NCBI GenBank assembly: GCA_002633005.1
Contig: NMRA01000449.1
Span: 186,001-250,000 of the forward strand
Direction: 5' to 3'
Origin: Phoronis australis
Lineage: Eukaryota > Animalia > Phoronida
DNA: 64,000 nucleotides
Part shown: in pieces, positions 53,801 to 64,000 of the stretch
How positions within the stretch are numbered: position 1 is the stretch's first letter
How the letters are laid out: each line of letters starts with the position of its first letter
The notes under the pieces: model-generated
What the model was told of the DNA's origin: nothing
What the model saw: the letters and a program-made list of their open reading frames with translations, nothing else
The model's database searches: none
Made by a program: the position numbers and the translations under genes

Positions 53801-56800
53801 TGAACATTTTGAAAATGGTCTTTTATGCAGAACATGAAGACCTCTAATTTAGTGTTGAGAAATAATATTAGTCGTGAGAAGGTCCGCCCTGTTGTTAGAT
53901 GCAATGTTGTTTATGAGTTTACTTGTCCCACTGTCGAATGTTTTCGTCCTCATCAGAAACAAAATTACATTGGGCACACAGTCTGTTCCTTGTCGCGACG
54001 ACTTTCAATGCATTTACAAAATGGCTCCATAAAAGACCATTTTCAAAATGAGCAGCTAACTGGAACTCGGAGGACTCTATCATTATTTAGGTGATCTGTG
54101 CATTCATAGACTATAGTACGTTGTCTATAATCTATGGTGCATTATGATGCACAGCAACGCGTGTATATTTTTATAGCCTATGTGTGTTTTTATCGTCATA
54201 GTTGCGCATGCCAACTTCACGTGTTATTTTACATTCGTCATTTCTGATGTGCATTTCACTGTGAACTAGTTGTAAATAGTAGCCTGAAGATGAGATATGT
54301 GTCTCGAAATATCACTTTATAAATTATGTTACCTGCTGATGTCGTTTGGATTTTCATTGCACTGTTGTGATGTAAAGACAAGATCTCTATTTAGAGAGTT
54401 TGAAAGAACTGAAATTAAACTCCTAAAAACAGATCAAAATCGTGTCTTCAATGAAATATGTATACGGGAAAGATTACTGCCGAATTATAGTGATTTACCG
54501 AAATTATTTAGGTTTACTTAGTGATACATTGCGGAACAATAGACTATGTGATTCCACAACAATGCTTTTAAGGCTTTATAGTTGTCCGGCTATCTGACAG
54601 GATAGCAATAGATTTATTTTGGATTCCTTTTCGAACCATTCTTCTGACACTTTAGTAATTGCAAAGGCCTCTGTTTCGAAAACAGCACTATGTTTTCCGA
54701 GATAACGGTATTTTTCAATCGGTGGTATATCAGTTGGGTAGGCTTATTCAATACGAAAACCCGCACCAACGAGTTCATTTATTTTTGAACCACCACCGTA
54801 TGCTTTAATGCACCATTTCTATTTAAAAAGATAAATTTTGATTTTCTTTCAAAATGCCTTGGGTTTTTACTGACCGATCATTTGATATGCACAACAATGG
54901 AAGTTCAATTCTAGCACTGTTTCACCTGTCAACATGTCTTTTTGTTTTCTCATCGTTTCCGTTACATTTGTTTTAGAGTTGACAAGCAAGGATTGGCGGA
55001 AGCTAACTTCTTCTATGATTCCTACTACTATCATGGCCCAAAGTTTAGCCACGGTTACTGGTCGAATCCATATTTTGCATGTAACGGCTATGTGAATGAC
55101 TGGGTGATTACTTTTGCCGCTCCTTTCTTTAGGATGGATCCGCTGAGTTACGGCACTGTGAAATTTATGTAAGTTGCCTCAAAATCAATAGGTCCCTCGC
55201 GCATTATACAGTTATAGAACTGCTTTGTCCCGGAGATAAAAAAGGCGCATTGTTTTTGGAATGTCAGGCACATTTTCACAGGTCTTGTCGGAAACCGTCG
55301 AGGTATACGGGCGTGGAAATATTCCGATTTCATCCGTTTAAAAGTACCGGAAACGAAAAGGTATCTTCAAGAAAAAGGATTCTGTTCTGTTCAAAAATAC
55401 CCAGGCCAACGAACTCGCTTTATGCGCTTGCTCCGAATTTTTCGTTGTCTGATTGATGTCAGGTAGGCAGCGAAGTTGGCATCAGACATCCAAAGATATT
55501 TCAAGTTTATCCACCTTTCTTCCGTCGGCTCACCACACCTATAATACTTCGGAAGGAAAAATAGAGTAATTTACCCGAAAAAAACTTGTAAACAATGCCA
55601 CAACATCAATGAACATGTGCGCGTGACGGACATTTCGACCTAGTGGATAAATATGGCGAGATTCTACTGTCGCTGCGTAATCCAGGACACAGCAATTATC
55701 AATTTCATGGCCCGTAATGCTGGTTGTTTTCAGATTCCACTCGAACATCGAGTAGCCCGAATTAAAAACTTGTAACCTATGCTGGCAAAAAATAATGTAA
55801 AATGTAACAATTAAATAGACAGATTAACAATAAAATTTCAGTTCTGTTTGACTTGGTGTTATTACATAAGTAGTTTCGGAAACGCATGTAAGTTTCACCC
55901 CTCTTTCGGAACTGAGTTAACTTCGCAATGAGATTCATTGATGTACGCATTTGGGGTCAATTTCACATCATTCATTTATGCAATTTATCTTCTTTCCAGT
56001 GGCGTCGTTACAGTTGATATCAAGCTAAGTTTCCTTGACATTAGTCAGTGTTCGCAGCCATTCTGGGTTGCTAATGCCTTCAAGAACACTGCTTACTGCG
56101 ACCACGAGACAACTCACGTAAGGATTTCCTGCCAAGTACATCTTTCTCATGTCGTCCAATTAGTAAACAGACCGGACGTTTGATCCGCGACGTGAAAATA
56201 TTCTTGTGTGAAACTTGTCAGATCTCTTTAGTCTTGAGTGGGCTACCTTCCTATAATGTGACACGTCCATTGATGCGTGTTCTGCTGGGCAAAACCCAGT
56301 GAGACCTGTTGTGTGCCCCCTAATTACACGTAAGAAGGTAGATTTGAAGCCTTTGGGAAAGCTCGTTTGTAAGCATCCGATCTGCCTTCTGATCAGGTGT
56401 TCCATGTGCCTCTTTGTGAATACCCCGCATCTAATGAATCGGTGATACATGCAGTGCTGCTTTTAGTTTGCTGGTAAATAATTATTTTACACCATCAATA
56501 ATTAATTTAGGTCAATGAAATTAAATTTACGCTGTAAATAATTAACTTAAGCCGTTGAAAGTTAATTCACGCCATTAATAAATATTTTTCACCGTTAGTA
56601 ATAACTGATTTACACACGTAATTTACGTGCTTAAGGTTCACCCATTTGACCAACAAAATGTCGCGGACGTTTCTCGTTTGTCTGGCTGAGTGGTTGAAAG
56701 GGCTGAGAAGTTCAAAAGACACTATTGTATCACCCCTGGCTCGCTGACTGTCAGTCATAGACACTACCAGCAATCATATACTTCATTTCGTAATTCTTGT

Positions 56801-58157
56801 TTTATCATCGTTTTTATGTTTTGTGCTGGTCTCGTCACTTTTGCTATTCTCTTGTTGTTATTAGTAATCAGAGGCGGATCTACAGGGGGTTCCGGGGGTT
56901 CAAACCCCCCCCCCTCGGGACAGGATCAAAAATAAAGATTGAAAAAAAATTCGCCAAAAAAAAAACACAATCAGCGACTACAAACCACAAAAAATCTCAC
57001 ACAGTACGGGGAAACCCCCTCCCGACCTTCCTTGCGCTCGGCACTACGGGCCTCGGATTCGCTCGAATCCGAAACCCCCTCCTTACTGAAAACGTAGATC
57101 TGCCACTGATTAGAATAGTAATAACATTTTTCTGCTTCAGTGTGTCCCAGTCGAAGGAAAGCGATTTACGAAAGGGGCGTATAGATGTCTCTGTAAACAG
57201 GGCTACGAGTATCCATTCATTGAGAACGCGTGGTTCTTCGACGGGGCGGCAATGGAATCAGAACATCGCAAAAAACAAAAAGGGATATTCAACAGGTATA
57301 TTCGAGTTGCTTTTTAGTAGATAGACCCATTTATGAAATGATTTTTTCTAATCGCAAGGCTTGAGAAATTCGTATAATTTTGGTCAGAAGTGTAAGTTAC
57401 ATGGTTGACGTGTGAACTACGCGCAGAACCGGATCAATGTTTCTCAAAACTCAAAGCTATAAGAAGTTCAGAAGCCCAGGTAATTTGAGCTGCCACCGCG
57501 ATCACCACAATTTCCGAGGGGTCCCCAAGGCTACGGTGGGACTAGGCCCTTAATTTGCGCTGGTCCATTAGGCTATAGCTTATGCATAATCCGACACTGA
57601 CCACTTATAAACAGTTTATTCCTATGGTAAGTCACTGTAAGTCTACTTGTCTGTAAGAGACGGGTGCTGCCCATGAACATCAGTTCTCTGTCAAGGTCTT
57701 TGGGTGAACGCTTTAGCCCGTTCACATACTGGATATAACTCTAGCGTTTTCTGTAGAACTTTCGTTCAATAGCAAAACACGCAAGTCACATGAAAGGTTG
57801 TAAGTGTCAATTTTGCTGGCGTTTTGCTGGAGGTCTGAGTTGTCCCAAACATTGGCGTTTTCACTAGCACTTTCGTGCATTTCAGCCTCGGTAGCTAGAT
57901 TTAGCTAACATGCTGTTCATCTAAGTCTCGCGTGACATTCTTTATAACTATTAAGATTTCAACATACAATGTTTTCATCTTCTTGCATCTAAAAACGCTG
58001 TCTTATGGTATAACGTCATTGCAGGTACGATCACATGAAGTGTCGCATTGGACGCTCTTCATCTCTTCGGGCGAGTACGTTGCTGTATCTAATGACTCTG
58101 ATTTTGCTGGCGGCGAATTACACAGGAAATAATTATGACTCGTCAGCGAGCGCATAA
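31916..58157 (+). CDS. Gene B (complete, 928 aa): signal peptide + GPR158/179-type ectodomain/EGF x2, no 7TM; join(31916..32856,33184..33310,34997..35162,40001..40167,45380..45760,47456..47862,54977..55168,56000..56117,57141..57295,58025..58157)
   Basis: All introns are GT-AG and phase-compatible; 2787 nt open frame. The N-terminus MTTHHFALLFLCTCTSSSIAS looks like a signal peptide. Paralogous to gene A throughout. Confidence 0.9.
33184..33310 (+). CDS. Gene B exon (FVGTASMDTDWQNIDINPCPEGEGNPGPNIFAGIARCKPTTM)
   Basis: tgcAG / GTGAGG; paralog of 2218..2344. Confidence 0.92.
34997..35162 (+). CDS. Gene B exon, EGF-like module 1
   Basis: tacAG / GTAAGT; CQPLTGWGFARGSYVCVCRPGYRYP. Confidence 0.92.
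35321..35352 (-). ncRNA. Degenerate minimal hammerhead ribozyme motif
   Basis: Minus strand CUGAUGA-U-GGUGUU-gaag-AACGUC-GAAA-UG-UC; helix I does not pair convincingly. Confidence 0.45.
36120..36640 (+). mobile_element. Decayed 3' part of an RLE-type non-LTR retrotransposon (HERO/R2-group-like)
   Basis: WNKLL..SFHINAIHDLLPSSANLNLWGK, then LTVP..EN...AYVRKKCKY..L....GW....FPAEIGSLGF, with stops and frameshifts. Confidence 0.7.
36819..37430 (+). pseudogene. Decayed ubiquitin-specific protease (peptidase C19)-like fragment
   Basis: Ordered motifs LNNPGNLGYDNTVLQAL (Cys box), EVSCFSCG....EQFFLTITL, DNTFSCQTC, LPYIFIAHVQR, across stops and frameshifts. Confidence 0.65.
39440..39812 (+). mobile_element. 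HINE-family 3' fragment
   Basis: Ends TTCGTGGGCACATTTCAACGCTGCGCGTT...CTTGTT, like the other copies. Confidence 0.65.
40001..40167 (+). CDS. Gene B linker exon (YMKVVPSVIERNSS...)
   Basis: ctttcAG / GTAGGT; phases 1 and 0, as in gene A. Confidence 0.82.
41298..42440 (+). mobile_element. Old HINE-family copy
   Basis: TTTTTATGCGCCCA start, GTCCGTCC, diverged array units. Confidence 0.55.
42454..44835. mobile_element. TIR-bounded DNA element (~2.4 kb), possibly PIF/Harbinger-like
   Basis: 34-bp inverted ends CTGGGCCC(A/G)GTCTCCAATCTCCGTACTCAGACTC (42454-42487, 44802-44835) with TACTCGA-rich subtermini; no clean TSD. Confidence 0.65.
45380..45760 (+). CDS. Gene B exon: linker (RQKRKR, RPKR) and start of module 2
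   Basis: tttctccAG / GTAAAT; DCTKLPPDQLVLPGDVGYGAKEQFQYQ. Confidence 0.88.
46075..46542 (+). mobile_element. HINE-family internally deleted 3' portion
   Basis: GTGCCCCCTAGTGGCAA unit; terminal GTGGGCGCATTTCAACGCTCTGCGTTGTTCTTGT. Confidence 0.75.
46965..47351. mobile_element. MITE with imperfect TIRs
   Basis: GGGCCATGGGTCTGATCTTTTTACTCGAAATCGAA vs the reverse complement of TTCGAATTCGAGTACAAAGATTAGACTCTGGACCC; inner IR CTTGATGACCCC / GGGGTCATCAAG. Confidence 0.65.
47456..47862 (+). CDS. Gene B exon, module 2
   Basis: ttgcAG / GTTTGC; VLSQVMADHKIRSFGVWFD, ELFAPYAFQDGDQYK. Confidence 0.9.
47941..52567. mobile_element. Foldback/palindromic element (~720-bp arms) interrupted by a nested transposon
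   Basis: Starts TAGCCTTGGTACAAAGCTGTAT and ends ATACAGCTTTGTACCAAGGCTA; left arm 47941-48320 + 51466-51795 is the reverse complement of 51837-52567. Confidence 0.85.
48321..51465 (+). mobile_element. Academ-like DNA transposon, internally deleted and non-autonomous
   Basis: 16-bp TIR TAGTCGGTGGGCCAGA, AAA 3-bp TSD, subterminal IR TTGTGAGTACTTT.GGGGGGCAA; remnants DLV..EAKYHR (~50010-50040), LHCLRANHQCAV (~50437) and CKCKK..C.....CC..G.NCTEMCSCDNCSN (~50580-50680). Confidence 0.75.
53088..54457. mobile_element. Penelope-like retroelement 3' end in inverted (back-to-back) configuration, with GIY-YIG remnant
   Basis: Central + strand NVVYEFTCP..C...YIGHT...LSRRLSMH.QNGSIKDH; - strand RLRTLESLLIMLEKPSLNEQ; arms 53088-53370 and 54180-54457 are inverted copies, each with a CUGAAGA..GAAA-UA-UC hammerhead-like core. 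Confidence 0.82.
53456..53597. repeat. ~140-bp hairpin/MITE inserted in the left Penelope arm
   Basis: GGATCAACT.AAATTTTCG.ATGTAA.AACGTCCTTTGTCAAC / GTTGACAAAGGACGTT.TTACAT.CGAAAATTT.AGTTGATCC; absent from the right arm. Confidence 0.75.
54977..55168 (+). CDS. Gene B exon, module 2 (GYWSNPYFACNGYVNDWVITFAAPFF)
   Basis: ttttAG / GTAAGT; W..PY..C....W motif typical of the GPR158 ectodomain. Confidence 0.92.
56000..56117 (+). CDS. Gene B exon (GVVTVDIKLSFLDISQCSQPFWVANAFKNTAYCDHETTH)
   Basis: ttccAG / GTAAGG. Confidence 0.92.
56869..57108. mobile_element. hAT-like MITE
   Basis: CAGAGGCGGATCTAC / GTAGATCTGCCACTG inverted ends; similar ATTAG(T)AAT flanks. Confidence 0.7.
57141..57295 (+). CDS. 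Gene B exon, EGF-like module 2
   Basis: ttcAG / GTATAT; CVPVEGKRFTKGAYRCLCKQGYEYPFIENAWFF. Confidence 0.92.
58025..58157 (+). CDS. Gene B terminal exon (YDHMKCRIGRSSSLRASTLLYLMTLILLAANYTGNNYDSSASA*)
   Basis: ttgcAG acceptor, phase 2; TAA at 58155-58157. Confidence 0.85.
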
Positions 58158-58528
58158 ATCGTTTGCATTGTGGATGTGTGGTGGTTTAATATTCGGGACC
58201 TTATGTAAAAACAAAAAAACAACAAATGGACATCGTTATAATCGGATTATTGTCTGGATTGGTTGATATATGACTGCCCACTGAGACGGTCAGCGCGTCA
58301 AACACAGACACAAGCACGCAGCTTAGCTCCAAACACGTGAGTTGTGTCTTCTTTTGCTAATTTCTATTGATCCCCTAGATATTTTGTTTCATTGTTAAGA
58401 GTGGCGTAGTATAGTGTTATTAAAAATGTAAGGTTGAAAGTAACGAACCCAACTCGTTATCGTCATAAGTACCGTAACATCCTATATACGATCTGCCAAT
58501 TAGCCATGCCTTCAATGGTACTGTCATA

Positions 58529-58534
58529 AATAAA
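58529..58534 (+). terminator. Candidate polyadenylation signal of gene B
   Basis: AATAAA about 370 nt after the stop codon. Confidence 0.4.
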
Positions 58535-58972
58535 ATACATATTGTATATGACAATTCCATGAATGTTCTGCATGCATACTGAACTTAAACAGCATCAAAG
58601 TTTTGAAGTTCAAAATCCTAGCCAAGGCCAACTGGCGTCAGCATGATGACGCTCCACGGGCTGACCCCACCCTTGGTTATGACTGAAAGGCCCAGTTACA
58701 GGTCTCAGGAGAAAACGTAGCGAACATGGCCGTCTGGCCGAAATAAGGTATTTCCTGAGAAAATTTAAAAGTGTAAAGCTCTTGAATCTACACTAACAAG
58801 ACCACGGTTTTATATTCAAATACGCGGCTAAGGCAAATGTCTGGGATTTTACGGTATCTTTTTACAGTAATACGCTGTAGTTAGTCGTGTTCAGTGTGTA
58901 CATAAATCAAGATAAGCTCACAAGAAGAACACAACGCAGTGAAACTATATGAAAGCAATGAGAAAATGGCGT

Positions 58973-59018
58973 CGGTATTCCTTTTGGTATTCCTCTTAGT
59001 ATTCCTCTTGGTATTCCT
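58973..59018. repeat. 12-bp minisatellite (GGTATTCCTCTT)~4
   Basis: Direct reading of the sequence. Confidence 0.8.
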
Positions 59019-62000
59019 CGAATGTAAAAAGGAAAACACCTTCCAGTAACCACTTCTATGTTTTATGTTCAGCAGCTCAATGTGCTTAATTTGTTCTGTT
59101 TGCTGGTCACGTGGTAAGTGAGAGAACAATGTCCAGTTGTTTACCAAATGTGTCAATTATAACTTTTCCTTGGAGTGCTTCGCAAATTGATCACTGAAGG
59201 CGAGACTATACGTGTTTTGAATGATTTGTAATTGATGTCACTTCAGATGTCTATAAGGTTATGTAGAATCTCGCCAACAAATAGTCTATTAGCTAAATAT
59301 TCACTAGTAGCATATATTTTCTGAAAGTAGAAAGTATGTAGAATTTGATTTTTAGTATATTATATTTCAGAAAGCAAACAGCCTGTAGAATTCAATTTTT
59401 TAATACTTACCTATCTCACTAATCAGATCTGTGACCCTGCATTTTAGTAAAAAAACAAAATAGAAAGTTACATTCATAGCAAAACAACGATATCAATCAC
59501 GTGACTATTTTTTGTTTTATATGAAATCTCGAATATGCTATTACAGCTTTCTAGGCCACCATTTTGTTTTCGTTTTGTAGAACATTTGAGTTTTCTCATG
59601 AAGATCATAAAAGGTTTATTTTCGAGAGCCTCTGACGCAGAAGTGGAACGTTCTAAAAACAATTCATACTAACGTTTTGGAGAACAGAGCATAAAACATG
59701 TTATCTAAAATTTTTAAATAATTACGATCAACAAATATGATGTTCCAAAATAAGCTAAATTTGGAAATTTCTTAGGGTCCTCCGGGAAGTTTTGAAAAAC
59801 GTGGGTATGGGTGAATATATACCCACACGATCTCAAATCTATGGACCAACTTGGATGACCTATGGGCCACGTTAGTTTCTCTTATCCTTCTTTATACCAA
59901 TTTTAATGAACCCGTTGGCCCAAGCTAAGCAATGACAGTGCATCAATGAAATTCTTTTTCCGCCAAACTTTTACGCCAATGACGTGGGGCGCGCCTAAAA
60001 TTTCTTTGATCCTACATAACCTTAAAATCAGCCACGTGTTTGAACGTTCAAATGTAATGCAGCAGGATATAACTTCACATATTTTTGCTCTGGAATTGGG
60101 AAACATAGAAATGTTATACTTTGATAGCACAATTTTACGTTTTTGGTAGTGTTTCTTGTTAGTTGGACGATTTTGATAATTGCAATTTTTATTTGGAATA
60201 CTTTTTAAAATTATTTTACAGTCATGGTAGCTTAACAGTGATGACACACTTGTAATCGTTGTCAGTTATTTGTATCAGGACAGTTGTCAGTTCATTATCT
60301 TGAGTGTTTTTTATTCTCGTCTTATTGGCAGTGTTAAAATGATTCACAGCCATGGGAGTCAGACCGCTACTTTTGGTGGCCGAGTTGGTTAGGACAAAAC
60401 GATCTTTTATTCCCCCATTTTTGAGACCTTGGATATTTCTGTGTGTCATTTGAATAACCCACTACACAGCAGCGGTAATTTGCATCGCAAAGAACTTACA
60501 AAAAAGCGCTGGAAAATTCCGCTTCACAGATTAAACTCCATCCAAGTGACCTACAGGTGGCACTAAACGCTGTTTCCACCTCCTCCATGTACTGCTCTGT
60601 TACCATCTCACCACAAGGTGCTTTTCATTACGTCGCCGTTGTGTCGAAAATTGGCTATTTAGACAAAATGAAAAATATTCGAAAGTCTTCTAAGATTGCA
60701 ATTGCCGATCATTCCACTGATATGTAGCAACGCCAGACTTACTTTCATAACAGAACCCAATAGAAAAACATCTCATGTCGTTTTATGAAATGTGACACGT
60801 TTAGACAAGTACGTCATTGTTTGTTCGCATATTTTTAATCGGTGTTTTGAATAGCTTTTCTATTGTGACATATCGTATTTTAAATTAAGAATTGTACTTG
60901 TTAGTTCCAGTTTCAAGTTCTAGTTGAACTGTTCCTCCTCCTTTGTATCTTTTCCGCTTCTCGATCTATTTATATGTTTTTGCTATAGCTTGTTTTGTTT
61001 ACCATCTCGTTCATATTTGTATTCCCGTTTTAAAAATTATTTGTCCTTCGTGTCCCCATTACTACAGAAGACTGTGTATAATCTTAGAATGTTACCGAAC
61101 ACTGGCGTGGGCGGCAAAGCACACTCACATCGGGCCGGGATCTCCCTGTTTACTAAAGCATCAAACGTACCCTGCGGTCGGTACACTTCATTTATATGTC
61201 AGGGCCATCGTGTTTGACCTCTTTTGGGCACTTCTATCTGCGCCAGTGTTTTCAAGCGATGCGACTCGAACAGTGACTTTTTGTAGCAACACTAAGGCAA
61301 CTCGGGTTGAGCGTGAGCTGTTACAAGGGATATCTAATTAGGCCTATTGTGTTTTTCAATTTATTGCCACCTAGCCAATGATTTTGGAAAGTTTAATAAT
61401 ATTTGTTTTTGAAAAATATCTTGTGTTGTATTTTTCTGGGTCGGCCAAAATTGGACAATAAATGCTACGCAATTCACAGTAAATGGCAGTCTATGGCGAT
61501 GCCTCAAAACTGAGCTTCACCCTACCTCACGGATTGCACGAGCCTTTTCTTTATCATGAACACACTTCTTAGTCCATGGGTTGCGATTCTTTCCGAAATC
61601 AGTGTAAAGAAAAATTCCCCATGATTGGTGAGACACGTAACCATGGTGCAGGCCTCAGCCAACATCACGTGTGATCAACAAAACGCCACTTCCACGGAGT
61701 CGTGATCCCGACGGGGGTACTCGCACAGAGGAGAGGCGTAGTGCCATTCAGAACTGACCGTCACCACTGCCAGGCTCTCTACAAAAAGACCAGTGCCTTT
61801 CCGACGAAATGCCTCACAAAATAATCTAATTCCCTTGAAAATGGACAGTTTGGGAGTTCGAAACTTAAAGGGCGATTCCTCAGTTTTCCCGCATTACAAA
61901 AATCAACACTCGGGGAAGTATTTTTCAGGCGAGTTGCTAAAGATGCACTATCGGACGTGTTGAAACTTTTCCGAACAGGTGTGCCCCCTTACCTGTAAAT

Positions 62001-62899
62001 AGACGCTGAGTGCGGGGATTTAGAAGTCATGAATTTAGGCCTCAGTCGTCGTCTCGTCGATATAGGCTTAGTTAGTCGTTTTCAATGAAACATTTGAGTA
62101 ATGGCCTTCAATAAGTATGTAAGTATTTAATGTTTATTAATTTTACACGGGTACAAAACAAGAAAAGCATTAGCATAAGTGCTATAGTCACCGATAAAAT
62201 ATGTATTTATACAAAGTTGCAGCATGAGACATGTTCACATTCCTGGTTTGAACAGTCTACTGCTCAAAGTGACTACATCAGTAAAACACCTAACATTGTT
62301 CGTCAACTGGTTTCATAGTAAAACTTCATGTTGTTTAATCGAGTTTGTCCCATAAGTTGTATTGGGCCGTCAATAGGTTCCCTCCCCCTGACAATAACGG
62401 GCAGCTTCTGAATAGTGAACCATTGCAGTGGACAAGTAGGCCTACCATTACCTTTGATATGTTTGACTGAAATCTTGAATCCCTAATAATTTTATTCTGG
62501 AAGTGAACAGTGTGACTGAGTTTGTCCTATATGGTGCATACAAGGAGTTACAATTAATCATTAAAACCTTAAGGCGTGGTTTGGATTTTTTTTATCTTTC
62601 TACTCCTCTGGATACCACACATTTGCCAAACTAAGGAACAAAAGGGACCTAACACAGGCAAAATATAGTTTCAACTTAGTGTCCACGTCTGGGCGAAGAC
62701 TAAAAATGACTGACAAAAATTTGGATGACTTGTTAGAGATGTTATCAACATGACAATGGAAACGGAGATGGTCACTGATCTACACACGCTAAATTGGTAT
62801 AACCAACGGTGAAGAAGGCTAATTTTCTTGTTGCTTATGGGTTCTCTACCGAGTGGATTTTTCTGTTTTTGCGTGCACACGGCTGATATTAAACCAATC

Positions 62900-63140
62900 T
62901 AAAGCAATCTGTGTGACCATGTTCGAGACAGTTCTTCAATAGAGTTGTCAATGTGTACAATAGTTTGTCATCTGCATAGTTGTACAGATTGCATTACCAC
63001 TAGAGACACACAAGCTCATTTGTAACAGTTAGGTCCCAAAACAGAGCCTTGTGCGACCCCTTTTGGAACGATATGCCATTTACTGCATTCAATATTAACT
63101 CTCATATATCTTTCAGAGAGGACAACTTGGAAGCAGTTTG
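62900..63140 (-). mobile_element. LINE (CR1/L2/Jockey-group) reverse transcriptase remnant
   Basis: Minus strand LSERYMRVNI..SKW....KGVAQGSVLGP followed by CNLYNYADD. Confidence 0.8.
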
Positions 63141-64000
63141 TGAACAGTCATATAATGCCCCACGGCTAAATCACAATCAAGGTCCATAATCGAGAGTTGA
63201 CAGTGTTACGGTCTAAAATTTTTTTTTTGGTCTCTTACCAAATGCCAACTGAATCCCATATGCAAAAAGTTATTTAGTTGTGCAAATTAAAAAAAAAATA
63301 TTCAAAATCGGACAATGTTTGAGAAATTTATGCATGTTTTTGTCTATGATTTTCATGCATTTTTAGCGTTACGAATGGGCATTTTAAAAATTACAATTTT
63401 CAACTGTCAACAGTAGAAAAGAAATTTATTTTATTGAGTAAGAAACTGCTTAGATATGACTGGGAATAACTTGAGTCACTTTCAGAATCACTTAGATGAA
63501 GTTGAGAAATGGTAGCCAAGGGTTCATCATAAACCAGGCACTAGTTACAAAATTTGTAAATTCTGTGTTTCTAACCCTCGCCTACTGTAAAAAAGGTTGA
63601 AAGGTTAAGTTCACACTCTGTAACAAAAAGAACTGCAGAATATGTTAGCCTAGGCAACAAAGCGAATTATTCAATATCTAAACTAACCAAAAGTTTGGAT
63701 ATTGAATGTTGAAAATGGGCCAAAAAGGCAAACAAAATGTAGTGTACGTACCCCCATGTGGAATTCAGTAACACAAATGGTCATTGCAAATGAAATTATT
63801 GCCTTTTAAATAACAATATGGTGCTTATTATCATCAAAAAAAATAAATGGCCTTACAACATTATGTTACCATGTGATTCACAAACAGTGATGTAGTGTAC
63901 GTACCCCCTTTTGTAGTGTACGACCACCATGTTTACAAATACCATGAAATTAAAATATCACTTGGTAAGTGAGCAACATTGGTCATAGACAGTTTCCTTC

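Noticed and set aside
53012-54521. Duplicated ORF MCLEISLYKLCY... as a small gene pair
   Set aside because: A by-product of the inverted Penelope arms.
56797-57324. 175-aa ORF as a gene
   Set aside because: A chance frame through a MITE and the wrong frame of the real exon 57141..57295.

Overview
Eukaryotic (invertebrate-animal-like), AT-rich, repeat-rich genomic DNA. Nearly all short ORFs in the six-frame track are spurious. The real coding content is two tandem + strand paralogous genes, each with 10 coding exons. Gene A is 5'-truncated by the window (<2..18218, 820 aa visible). Gene B is complete (31916..58157, 928 aa). I rebuilt both by hand from GT-AG junctions: intron phases match, five internal exons have identical lengths, and both spliced frames are open. 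Each encodes signal peptide (seen in B) + [GPR158/GPR179-type Cache-like ectodomain + EGF-like Cys module] + polybasic furin-type linker + a second [ectodomain + EGF] module + a short hydrophobic C-terminal tail. No 7TM exons are visible, so these look like 'ectodomain-only' double-Cache relatives of the class C GPCR GPR158. Introns and spacer carry: a Helentron/DINE-1-like family whose ~450-bp tandem units are built from ~150-bp monomers, each with a CTCF-consensus-like motif; an Academ-like derivative nested in a long foldback element; an inverted Penelope-like insertion and minimal hammerhead ribozymes; LINE remnants; a decayed USP-like sequence; and several MITEs. Family assignments come from motif recognition, not database searches.
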